From the NCBI GenBank assembly GCA_010093815.1, contig ML996570.1: a stretch of 64,000 nucleotides of DNA, one strand, 5' to 3'. A model generated the notes under the pieces. The model saw only the letters and a program-made list of their open reading frames with translations. It had not been told where the DNA came from and did not search any database. Below, one piece after another: positions 26,242 through 37,924 of the stretch. The stretch is from Pseudovirgaria hyperparasitica (taxonomy: Eukaryota). How positions within the stretch are numbered: position 1 is the first letter of the stretch; every line of letters starts with the position of its first letter. The position numbers were made by a program, and so were the translations under genes.

Positions 26242-27369
26242 ATGTCTGATCCAAGCGCTACTAATCCGTATGCTACTGACTGGGTCTGGTCTGATGAAGC
26301 GCAATGCTATTGGAGAAATGAATACATTAATGGTCAGTTGTTGCATCAGAACTGGGATTCTGTTGGCTGCTTTCATTGGTTCCGTGAATGTTTGCTGATG
26401 TTAGGGGTTCCTTAGACCAGTGGCAGGTTGTTTACCATTCGTAAGTTTGGCTACACTCATCATCTCACATTCTAATGCTGAAACACGATTCATGACAGTT
26501 CTTCCTCTGCCACTGCCAGCACCGCCCAACCATCATCGATGTCCACGCCAAGTTATACGTCCTACTCCTACGGTAGAACCCCTGGTGCTGGCGCTCAGCC
26601 TGGAACTGTCCCTACACAAACCACGACTGGAACGGAAACATTGGACCCAAGTTTGTGGAAGACTTTCGCATCTGTTATCAACAGAAGCTGAACTGTGGCA
26701 CTAGGCTACCAATTGAGAACGGATGCTAGGTCATTTTACATACGCGGACGAGTACGTTCGTGACCCGTTGGAGGCCTGAGCAGAGAGATGGGTACAAAGA
26801 ATACGAGACTGATATACTCGTAGATGTTTGCAACGCTTCACATTGAAGCTTACGGAGGTACAGCTACTGGCGCTGACGCCGAGAATGTCTTCACCGTAAA
26901 GTACGGAGAGAAAGCATACTGTCAGATTCGACGATTTGTCGTGGTAAAGGACGACCGCGGCTACTGCCTGGCGTGGTGAGTGAAAGCCACACCGAAATAT
27001 CGGACCACACTGATGATCAAAAGTCCAGTTGCAACGTACCGCGGTCGAGGAACGACGAAACGTGGTGTGAACCCCAAACAACACGCTGTCATATTCACAA
27101 CCAACAGTGGGCCAAATTGGATGCAAGGCGAGACAGAAATGGACAAAGACCCTATTGGAGTTGATGCGGCTGATCCGTCTATAAGACTTGGACCAGCCTC
27201 TCGTATAAACTTTGGCCAAGTGAGCAAGAGTACGCCTTCGTTATCTAGGGCTGATCCCCTCTAGGTCCACTGTATACAACATAATGTCAAAGTCAAAGAC
27301 CTCGGAGTGGTTCGTTTGGAAGACTTACCGAAGCTAGTTGCATACTGGCGAGCGGAAATGCAAAACTGA
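26242..27369 (+). CDS. DUF6590-like domain protein (paralog B), 7 exons; mostly missed by the ORF track
   Basis: Introns 26333-26415, 26441-26498, 26651-26704, 26752-26823, 26976-27023 and 27220-27264 give MSDPSATNPYATDWVWSDEAQCYW...FYIRGR|MFATLHIE...QIRRFVVVKDDRGYCLAC|PVATYRGRGTTKRG...HAVIFT...LGPASRINFGQ|VHCIQHNVKVKDLG...MQN*. Confidence 0.85.
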
Positions 27370-28201
27370 ACAGCCAATCGGCGTAGGAGCTACTACTTTC
27401 CGTGTTGCCGGGAAGTCTGTCGCGGGATGAAGCATACGCCGAGACTATCATCAAATTTTCTTGGCCTGTTGACCATTTTACAAGCATCTGCTGCAGGCAG
27501 CAGGCTTTACATGACGTTCCATGGAACAGCAATATGGCGAAGTAATTGGAAATGCAGCGGTCGGCTCAGGCTGTCTTTATTGTACGGATGCGATGCAGCA
27601 TGTTCATAAGTCAAAATGTTTTGGCTTGATTCTATCATCGATTTCCAGATCCAAGTTGGAAAATGTGTCGCTCAGGAGATCGCCAGTATCGTCTTAGCAG
27701 TGGTTGGTGTCCGAGGGCCGTTTCAAAGATGTGGACAAGAAGTGCATTCAGCCATTTACGCTCCCGCTCCGCCGAGGAAGGGAAGCCTCTTTGGCATATT
27801 CATGAAATGTGTGTGTGAGAGGACTGACATATAGACTGAAGCCACACTCACTATCCATGCGGACTAGACCGCGTACTTCTCTCAAAGCCGCGATAGCCGC
27901 TGTATTTGAACAGTGATACACGTTTTCTGACTTACTCCACAGTGCAAACGCGATTATAATCATACCGATACTAACTACTACGATTACCAATTCGTCTATG
28001 TAAGCATCGTAACAGTCTTAAGAATCGAAAGTATGGGTGGGCCTGGTAACCAATTGCTAGTAATTAAAGACAGCATAGGCGTTACCTTTGTCCATAAAAG
28101 GCTAGCGCCATCGATGGGAGATCATCGGCAGAAAGAAAAAGTTCTTAGGATTCGAGTTTAGATTTAAGGTCTTTCACAAGACAGTACTGACTATATGCGC
28201 C

Positions 28202-30096
28202 ATGTCAAAGCGCAATTTGAAGCGCAAGCTGAACGAAAGCAATGTTCCAGAAGAGGCTGTGTCCTCTGGTTCTAAGAACCCCGCGAACCAGTCCTTCTCT
28301 GACTTCGGTTTGGATGCGCGAATCTTGAAAGGGATTCAGGGCCAGCATCCGGCATGGTCAAAGCCAACTCAGGTTCAAAGTACAGTGATACCACTTGCTC
28401 TTGAGGGAAAGAATATTCTGGGTTGGTTGGATTTCTACGTACGCCAATTGTTGCTAATGATTTCGTAGCACGTTCCGGTACCGGCACAGGGAAAACCGCA
28501 GCATACGTTCTTCCTCTCATGCAAGCAATCTTGAAACGCAAGACCGCCTCTCGTGCAACGAAATGTACCTCAGCAGTAATCCTAGTACCATCATTTGAGC
28601 TTGCCTCACAGGTCACGAAAGTCATTAGCACATTAGCGGCAGGCTGTGGCGCCGACATACGAGTGGAGAACATTGGTAGGAAAGAGGTGGACAAAGTGCA
28701 AAGAGTGCGACTGGCAGATTTGCCTGACATAGTAGTGGCGACACCCAGCAGAATTATTTCGAGTCTGGAAAGTTCTGCACTTTCCCTTTCCGACGTCAGT
28801 CATGTAGTCATTGATGAGACCGACACGATCATGGCATATGAGCAAGGAGAATATCTTAAAGGGATTTCCACGAATCTTCCGCAAGGCGTTCAAACAATCC
28901 TTATGAGTGCTACGTTGGAAACAGGTGTTGATCAGGTCAGGGATATGTTCTGTCAGAACCCTACTGTGGTAGAACTCGACAACTCCGAAGAAAGCGCCGA
29001 CCGCGTCTTCCAATACGTTGCAAAATGTGCAGAGGATGAGAAGTTTCTCATTGCCTATGTTCTATTCAAACTCAATCTAGTGAAGGGCAAGTGTATTGTG
29101 TTTGTCGCAGACATCGATCGCTGCTACAGGCTCAAATTATTTCTCGAGCAATTTCAGATCAAGAGCTGTATCCTGAATTCCGAACTTCCCGTCAACTCTA
29201 GGCTTCATGTCGTGGACGAGTTCAACAAGGGAATTTACAACATCATTTTGGCGACGGACGAGCATGATATTGTAGGCGATGAGACTAAGAAGCAACCGAA
29301 GACGGAGGAAAGGCCTGATGGCGAGGGTGAGACGCATATCGGGGAGCCGATATCTGGGGAGAAGGAATCTGATCATCCAAAGAAGAAGACAAAGACCACG
29401 AAAAGGGACAAAGAGTACGGAGTCGCTCGGGGTATAGATTTCAAGGACGTCGGATGGGTTATAAACTTTGATCTACCAATTACGTCAAAGTCCTATACTC
29501 ACAGAATAGGGCGGACTGCGCGTGCAGGCAAGGCTGGCACTGCACTTTCATTCGCCATCCCGAAAGATCAATATCGGAAACACAAATCTACGTGGATACC
29601 ATCCACCGAACATGACGAGGAAGTTTTGGACAAGATCACACGACAGCAGACCAAGAAAGGGTTCGAAATTAAGCCCTTCAATTTGAACATGTCTCAATTA
29701 GACCCGTTTCGGTACCGTTTTCAAAGTGCTCTACGGGCCGTTACCAGGACGGCCATTCGCGAAGCACGAACACGAGAGCTCAAGCAAGAGCTACTAAAAA
29801 GCGAGAAATTGAAGAGACATTTCGAGGAGAATCCTGAGGACATGCAACACCTTCGGCACGATAGTGACCTGAAAGCAGCGAGAGTGCAACCACACCTGAA
29901 ACACGTACCCGATTACCTGCTCCCTCCAGCTGCCAGAAAAGCTCTCACTTCAGGCGACATTGGCTTTGTGGGATTCAACAAGGATGAGAAGCGTCTCCGA
30001 AGCTCGAACATCGGCAACAAGAGGTTCGGCCGCAGATCAGGCTTCAAGAAGAAAGCAGACCCACTGAAATCGTTTGGCGGAAAAGGTAGAAGGTAG
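28202..30096 (+). CDS. DBP9: ATP-dependent RNA helicase Dbp9/DDX56
   Basis: Q motif, GTGTGKT, DETD, SAT, ARGIDF and HRIGRTAR, plus the Dbp9-specific YRLKLFLEQF and HFEENP.D..HLRHD. Intron 28422-28468. Confidence 0.95.
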
Positions 30097-31842
30097 ATAG
30101 TTCTGACGCTGGGGTGATTCTACTATTTCATAATTACTCAAGCTTTTCGCTGGACGTTGCGCTAAATGCTTGTCGATGATTTTGCAGAAAACGGTATCCT
30201 CAATCGTGCAATTTGCAATGCGATTACAAAATGATGGCTGTCTATCTATTTTTCTTTGGTCTAAATATACTGAACCCGTCTCTTGACTCCAAGTCGCTAA
30301 AGCATTCCATCTTCTACTCGTGATCACATGCACGTCCATATTCACGTCTGACTGACTCCCGAATCATTGTCCCCCAGCACATCCTGAAGAGCAACCCATC
30401 TCCGCTCTCACCTGGGTCATCTGATAAGTCCCATTGTCTTCCACGGAGTCTCAGTGATTCGACTTGATAAACCCTACGTATGATTGACCATGCACACTGC
30501 TTGCATCTTCGCTTCCATCCAGTCATTTTCCCTGCAATAATACACATGTTCCCAAGAGCTATTATCAACAATTCGATACCCTCACGTATTGATCTCCCTT
30601 GCGCTACCAGACGCACCCTGCGTATCCACGCCATTGACCAGGCATGCGTGGCGCGGCGACAGCCCCTGTCAGTCGGTCGACAGCCAGTAGCAAGAAAATT
30701 TCCCAGGCCCAGGACAGTGCGATGTAAAGTATCTGCGTCCACAGGATAGCATTCGTGCTGACCTGACCAGGACTGCGCTTCGACACAATGATACAATCAG
30801 ATGCCATATCGAGCCATGCAGAAGCAATTGGGTGTCACGAATCGGTGGATGGGAGGCGCCTGTAGCAGGCTCGAAGAAGAGAGATGCGAGGGCCGCTGGT
30901 ATTGCAGGATGGCGTTTCTAAGGCGTGCGTGATATCTTCTGTTGCGGACTGTTTCAGCTAGGCTGAGGCGTACCCCTTCGCATGCCTGTATAGTTCCTAG
31001 GTGTGAGATAGGGCGCGACGTGGTTTTGATCTGGCTGGACATCTGAGGCTGTGCCGCTGACGATATGCTTTTGAACAGGTATTTGGGTCTGGCGAGTATG
31101 GAGTATGTATAGCACTATCTGTGTGTGGTTCAGACGGGTCAGGCACTCATGGCGCCTCGTACTGGTGGATGGCGCTGAGTGTGTACGTTACTCGGGGGCT
31201 CGTTTGTCGGGCGTAGAGACTTTGGCCTTGATAATCGGACACGTCATGGGAGTAGTCCTGTCTCGATTTTGGATTCGATGTGCTTGATTGGCAATGTTTT
31301 GGCGGGTGATCGGATGAACGAAAGGTGTGTTTGTCGATTGGTGCTGAAGCGGCGAGGAATAGGAAAGGGCTGTTGGATACGTCGGGCATCGTCATTGTAG
31401 CGGTGACAAGGACCCTGAGCTGTTCTGATGGTGCAGTCAGATTCGATATAGGTGTATTGATGCAGGTTGACATAGTCTTACCCAGGGGCCTTGACTTTTG
31501 AGATCCGTGGGTGCAGCAGATACACGGATCACCAAGGGCAGATAAGACGGGTGTTCGTACACTATCAGTTGATCATCACCGGTCTTGCAACTGTGTTAAG
31601 CTTCAATCAATGTGATTACACAATAGTAGAAATACTGATCTTGGGTACTTCAAAGTGTTACGGCCGCCTAAATGGCTAGTCGTCGGCGCAAGTTTACATC
31701 TTAGATCTTATTCTAGAGGGTTTGACCGTAGGTATATATCATTGTTTGGTCATCTAGACAGTCTATGGCTCTATGACTTGGATTTACCCTACGCGTGTGA
31801 TGATCATGAGATCGATCGTATGTATGGAGTGGCAGCACTATA

Positions 31843-33105
31843 TCAGGGGCTGGCCTCCCAAGAAACTGCCTCCTCGTCCGTCACGGTATTGGACTTTTCA
31901 GAGTCTTCCTCCTGCTCTTCCAAGTCTTCCTCCTGCTCTTGAGCTTCCGCCACACTCTCCAAGTCTTCGTCCAGAGCTTCTGCGTCCTGGAATATCATCA
32001 CCTCTCCTCCGGGTACGAGTCCAATGCCTTCGCAAGAACCATTGTCATCAAAAACGACACCCAACATTTTCTTAGTGATCCAGTGTGCTGTCTTCGCATG
32101 GAGACTCGGCTCCACAGGTCCGTTCTCGTCTTCTCCTGCATAGACACTCGAGCGTCCGTCGGCCAAGGCCTGGAACACCACCAGCTGATCACGTAGATGC
32201 TTGTCAACAACTCCGCCATGCGCGATGGTTGGCTCAAATGCTGCCAAAACCCTCTTGATGAGTATTTCCACTCCCTTAACGAACATTCCCTGCGGGGGTT
32301 TTATTTCCAGCAGCCTGTCACAGCCAAGTTTGTGGCCGTTCTCAGTTGTAGCTACGAGCAGGAGGTACCATCGGTACATGCTGCGACTATCCTGGAAGGT
32401 CAGTCCTCGAAACGGGATTCCGGGTATCCTTTTGGCAAACATCGCGGGGAGCATCGATTCGAACGTCGACTTGACGGATGCAGGCGCAACTGCAATCGCA
32501 TGTACACGTGAGATCATGCCACGTTCTGAGAGCTCGAAGGCTGGGAGCGGCATGCCTCGTGGCAGAGGCGGGATGGTGAATTTCACAGTGCCCATCTTCA
32601 TACGTCCAAGTGTCCAACCGCGCTCGGGGCAGTGCACCATGATTTGGGGAAGACCGATGAGTTCGAGAGTCGGAAGCAGGACTTGGTCAACATAGTCGAT
32701 GGAGGGACTGTTCGAGACATTGGTCCCACCCGTGATAATGAGTTCCATCGGGCCCTGCAGGCCAGAGAACAGGAGAAAGGGGAGGACGGCCTGGAAGATG
32801 AGACTGATGGATCCGGGGCTTTTCTGCGTGATCTTCATGTAGAGATTTTTTTGTATATCTCCTGGGGTGAAAGTCAAGGTTTGGCTGAAAAGCTCGGCAC
32901 CAGTAAGATCAGCATTGCACGCTTCAGCAAGCCAATTGACGCAATTGAGGTGTTGTCCCCTCAGACCTCCACCTTCGTCTCGGTTGCCTCGAATCTGCTC
33001 AAACTGGACTGCAATTCCTGTGAGTGCAGAAACACCCAGAGCGATTCGAAGGAGTTGACCGCCACCTTCAAGTGTGGTCCCATCGATGGTGATGAGATTA
33101 GCCAT
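31843..33105 (-). CDS. RNA 3'-terminal phosphate cyclase (RtcA-like), intronless, with acidic tail
   Basis: IDGTTLEGGGQLLR, IRGNR...GLRGQH, GSISL, ITGGTNV, VDKHLRDQL and SLHAKT (position of the adenylated His of class I cyclases). Confidence 0.9.
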   Translation of the reverse strand: MANLITIDGTTLEGGGQLLRIALGVSALTGIAVQFEQIRGNRDEGGGLRGQHLNCVNWLAEACNADLTGAELFSQTLTFTPGDIQKNLYMKITQKSPGSISLIFQAVLPFLLFSGLQGPMELIITGGTNVSNSPSIDYVDQVLLPTLELIGLPQIMVHCPERGWTLGRMKMGTVKFTIPPLPRGMPLPAFELSERGMISRVHAIAVAPASVKSTFESMLPAMFAKRIPGIPFRGLTFQDSRSMYRWYLLLVATTENGHKLGCDRLLEIKPPQGMFVKGVEILIKRVLAAFEPTIAHGGVVDKHLRDQLVVFQALADGRSSVYAGEDENGPVEPSLHAKTAHWITKKMLGVVFDDNGSCEGIGLVPGGEVMIFQDAEALDEDLESVAEAQEQEEDLEEQEEDSEKSNTVTDEEAVSWEASP

Positions 33106-35819
33106 GTTAAGAATGTTGGAGTGGAGACAGTCCAATATCTGGTTGATTTTGTTGCAGAAGTTGTGTGTGCAGTGACTCAAATACGCAGTGTAGCCACCTA
33201 CCAAAAGTCGAAGTAAAGTGTGCCGACACTAACTCAGCAGAGACTGAGCACTTTACTCACATATTCTTCCAGCTGTGTCCGTGTCTTGCCGGTGTAAACA
33301 GTTCCCTCGCCGAAGTGACTACAAGGTGTAGTGCAGTCGTGAGATTGGCTGCTTGCTTGTTGAGCTGTATGTATGTGATCCTTTCACATTCGCCGTAGAC
33401 CCTGAAACCCCAGCAAACGAGATGACCAAATCCTGTGTGACAGACTGTAAGATGATTGAACAACAAAGTATAATGCCGGTCCGTGTTTTCCCATCCAAGG
33501 GGTCATGTTTCAACAACAAGTCCTACACCAAACAGTACCATGTCCAAATTCGATCTAGCGTCGACAGTCGTGCATCAGCGAACATCTGTTCGCATGGCCT
33601 TAACATAACCTTAGGCTCTTTTTGGATACATTGGCGTTTACTTGATATTAGAGGCCGCTTGAAGACGGGTGGGTTGCTCCAGTCCTGCAAAGTTCTCGGA
33701 CGGATCGAGGGCATATTGCTGACTGGCACAAAATAGGCTGTCTATGAACATCAACTTCCCGGCGACGTGTCGTATACGAGTAGCAGATCTATATCATGAT
33801 TATGTCGCTCTCGAACTCTCTATAATTACCATCCTGTGGTCGTATGAGGCTGCACGCAACGCTACTCACGGCTTCATCTACTCATCGGCGCATCGCCCGA
33901 GCCCCTTTTCGTCCTCAAAAGGCCTCCTATCTCAATTTACATTCGAACGGCGTCTCGCCGCTCTTGAAAACATTACCAGAGGAGCATCGACGAGGTCTGA
34001 GACTGTCAGTCTGTGTCATGGTCCCGAAGTAAGTTGTCAAGACACCTGCTCTCCGAGAACTACAAGCACTGTCAGCGTCTGACTGACCGGTAATGTCAGA
34101 GTCAAGGAAAACCAAACTGTCGTTTAGCACAGTCCAATTTGAAGGAGGTACGATAGTGGCAGAGATATCAAGAGCCAGTGGAGGTATTGGCCGGCGATTG
34201 GAGCTATCCAGGTCTATAGTCATGATGAGGGTGCCCGTTATCACACCTAAAGTGGTGACCAGTCTCCATTGGCGGCCACTCCACGGCAGCTGCGGTATAT
34301 TCTTTAAATTCGCATCTCTCTCCTCTGCTTGAGTCTTTGCTCGAGATCCGTCCTTTGTGCCGCAGCATGATGGGCGCTAGAGGGGGAGGGTCGCTCCCTT
34401 ATACCATATGGTTCAAGAGGTCTGCAAAACATGAACCACACAGTCGCACTCAACAATCAATGGCCGGCCAGAGTCCGCAGTACGGGGAATCGTCCGTTAA
34501 GATTGATTACAAGTGTCGAGCATATCTCTGCTTCCGGGCCGCACGTGTCGTGTTCTCCCCTTCAGTTCCAAGTCCACAGGCTTCGACACCTTCCGTGATT
34601 TGGGGTCTCGCCAGCACTATACAAGCCTTACAATCAAGGATCTCTACATCGATGATGACTCGTGGGATCAAAACAGCACTGCTGGAGCATCTAGTGACTG
34701 CATGATTGTACGTTGCTCTGTAATATCGATCAGTCCAAGAGCTTGGGATATGCCGCAGATGCAATGGCTTAAGTCCAAAACCACTCTGATATATTAGTGT
34801 AGACGGACGCCTCCTCAGAACACGACAAGGAAAACATGATCAGAAGCGATTGAAGGCCATGGAAAGATCATCCCGATACACACACAAGAATGCTTCGGAG
34901 CTGTAGACGATGGACTGTGGAAAGAAGGTGGACTGACTATGTGCGCATAACAACCGCCCGACCGCCTGCCCTATGCACCTCGGGGGCACGGTTTCGGCTT
35001 GTTATTACCGCTAATCTAAATTATGGCATCAGGAATTCTCTTTCGAGGACGTGGCAAAGCAGTGTATGAGGCAAGCCTGCTATATCAAAACTGTTAGGGC
35101 TGGTATCGTCTAAACAGGCTCACACTGAGTAATTGCACCATCGTCAAAAGCCACTTTAATGTACATTACCAATACTACATCAACCACCCAAGACGTCGAA
35201 TCAGCGGCCTCCGACGTGTCTAGTTTGACAGCTGATATGTTTGGATATTTCATGGCATCCAAAAGACAGCTAGCAACAATGTGATCATACCGCCTTGTTC
35301 ACATGCTCATCAACGCGGCGAAAGTATGATGACAGATACGATCAACACCGGTATATCACCACTTACAGCGGTCTCAGACTTATGGCTTCTGCAGGCGCCT
35401 CGGACGAAATACTCGGTCAGAAGAGCGCAAGTGCAGCCGACCACCAACAACACGTGAGCGTGCTCATCTCCAGCGAGCCGTCTCACGGACGTTCAAGATG
35501 CGGGACTTACGCATCATGCTGCACGGCAACGGATGTCAGTTGTGTCCTTGGCTCTCCCACAAGCATTGGCACTCACCGGTCCACCAACACGATTGGTGAG
35601 CCTCCAGTAGCACTGCTATTGAACACAGCACAATGCTTTTCCCAGCCCCTTTTCTTGGTGTCTCGGGCACAAACATGGTTGCGTCAGAAAAGTCTGGCAC
35701 CGCATACCGCAATGTTCGTACGCCACATCTGCCCATCATTCCTCGAAACCCTAACCTCACCCACGGAAGCGACCGCCATGCTTGATCGGTGTGTGTGTGA
35801 CGAGGAACCCGTCCCATAA

Positions 35820-36050
35820 TCACTCGCTCATAACAGCCAGCGTAGAGGCTCTGCGCCGTAAGACACCGCGATTCCGCGGATCTTCGACTGATACGGCTGC
35901 CTTGTCGCTTGCCGACTTGGTCACAAACAATGATGCACAGCGATGGAGACGCCTTCCCTTTGCCAGGGCAATGCTTGTCGCTCGGCCCATGCCATAGGCC
36001 GCGCCGGTGATTAGATTGCCTTGGCAGAGCGGAAGCATCGCGCCATGAGC
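35820..36050 (-). pseudogene. Decayed short-chain dehydrogenase (SDR) N-terminal fragment
   Basis: LITGAAYGMGRATSIALAKG (about 35956-36014) is the classical TGxxxGxG Rossmann motif. The downstream frame is broken and no YxxxK motif was found. Confidence 0.5.
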
Positions 36051-36466
36051 CCGAGTCGAATTGAGTGATTTGAACGTGTGATAGGCGTGCTTAGAGTGTG
36101 TAGACTGGAGACTGGCGCGCTCTCTGAACCTCCTGGACGGGAGAGCCCCATGAAGGTTTTGATATGGGCCTCGATGTCTGGACAGAGGCCTGAACATTCA
36201 GTAATCATAACGCTTCCGTAGCCTTCGCATACAAAATGCATATCGTCGTCGATGACTGCAGCTACTTGATATCACATGGCGATACGTAGCTTCGTCGAGG
36301 CCAAGCCGAAAGAATGAGCAGTACATATCAGAGAATCAAGCTTGTATTATTGAGGTCTGCGTCTACATAGTTATATGGTGTAGTGTGGCGTGGATGTCGA
36401 CATCACCACGGACCACTGTACATGTGGTTCTACTCCACTGGGCTCCGGCAACCTTGACGACAGTAC

Positions 36467-36557
36467 ATCCGTTTGTCCATAGTTACATGGGAAAGCTTGG
36501 CGCCCGATGCACGTCTGTGCCACCAACACGCGTTTTTATATATAATTAACATTTTAC
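36467..36557 (+). repeat. Left terminal inverted repeat
   Basis: ATCCGTTTGTCCATAGTTACATGGG...AACATTTTAC is the exact reverse complement of 40032-40122. Confidence 0.97.
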
Positions 36558-36666
36558 GGCATTATCGCCGTACCACGCGTATATAGAGTCTATAACTATA
36601 TAATATAGTATATAAGAGTTAGTATATATAATATTTAGTATTTTTAACTTACTAACGCGTGTATAT

Positions 36667-37924
36667 ATAGTGCCCCGGGGCGTTATCTATTCCGATTCTA
36701 TATACGGACGAATCGACTTCCTCCTATAACATGATATACCTATTAATAAGATTATCGCTATTACTAAAGTTAGTAAGAATATAGTATATAGGACGAGGTT
36801 TAACCTTAAGATATATAGATAGAGAAATAAACCGTAGTTAACATGTCGTGGTCCACCTCGTCGACTAAGTAATTATATAATATAATAACTACTTAAGAGA
36901 CTACTTCGTAAGGGCTAGCTATACCTTAATAAGATAGCTAGATAGATATATAAAGAGTTTAATCTTACTATATCTAAATAGCTTCTATCTAAAGAGTTAT
37001 CCGAGTAAGGGTAGAATTATAAGCTATTAAAATATATTAGTAGTACACGCTTAGAGATAGCGCGTACTTTATACCTTAAGGATATTATAGAGCTACTAGT
37101 AGACTTATACGTCTTCTTAGATAAGATTATTTTTAATAAGAAAATTAGATAGAGGCGTTAAGCTAGAGTACTAAAAGAATAGACTCTAACTAAGATTAGT
37201 ACTCTTAATTAAGGACCTACGTATAGCGTATGTAGAGCTATTACGGCTAATAGTTTTATCTACTATTAGATAAAGGAAGGTTATTTCTTAACGGATGAGT
37301 TCTATACCTAGCTATAAGTATACCTATTACCTTGTTAGGCACGTGAGGAGCACGTGGCCTGCCAGTTAATTCTACATGTATGTAGTAGTCGTATATAAGC
37401 AGTGTACTCCACCCTTGAAGCAGTAGCTTTAAGATTCGGTCCTTTTGGTGTAGTTGGTTAGTACGTGGAGCCCGCCTCCTTATATACCTACCCTTAAGGT
37501 AAAATACCCCGGGCGTACAATAATAATTATTATAGATAATCTCGCACTTTATATAAACTAATAGATTAAGCTACTTATACTTAGCGCTAGCTATATTATA
37601 TAGTATACGCTACTATACTTACCTAACTTTAATTCTATTAAGCTTATATAGGCGGTAATAAAGGTATAGATTTATAGGTAGTATACCTAGATACGTTAGT
37701 AATCTCGAACTTTTAAGGACTTCCTCTATATTATATTTATATATAGCTATACTAATTAATAGACTCTACGCTTCTTTAAATATACTATAGATAGGTACTA
37801 TATTAACGAGATGCTCCGGTAGAAGGTAGTTACTAATTTAGAGAGGTTTAGATAAGGTAGAGATAGTAGAGAGATTACTAAAGTTAAGGAGATTAGGAGA
37901 CTTTTTTATAAACTTATTAAGTAA
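36667..37924 (+). pseudogene. Tc1/IS630-like DD34E transposase, RIP-mutated and interrupted by a solo LTR
   Basis: Reverting C>T/G>A gives an HTH-like N-terminus, VFLDE (D at 37120), IxMDN (D at 37535) and PPYSPDFNPIE (E codon now AAG at 37640). There are 34 residues between D2 and E. The frame is continuous once 37333-37489 is removed. Confidence 0.9.
37333..37484. mobile_element. 152-bp solo LTR or TRIM-like insertion with 5-bp TSD
   Basis: Starts TGTTAGG and ends CCTTATA (RIP of ...TACA). Flanked by TACCT at 37328-37332 and 37485-37489. Internal TATAAG. Its removal restores the transposase frame (LLP|TLKVKYPGR). Confidence 0.85.

Noticed and set aside
30314..31473. Chain of minus-strand ORFs between DBP9 and the RNA cyclase
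   Set aside because: Multiple stops, no family motif and no convincing introns.
32197..33216. Long plus-strand ORFs antisense to the cyclase (and similar shadows on other genes)
   Set aside because: Antisense shadows of real coding sequence caused by codon bias.
37439..37484. Functional tRNA gene
   Set aside because: No 7-nt anticodon loop, T-arm/B-box or 3' acceptor strand.
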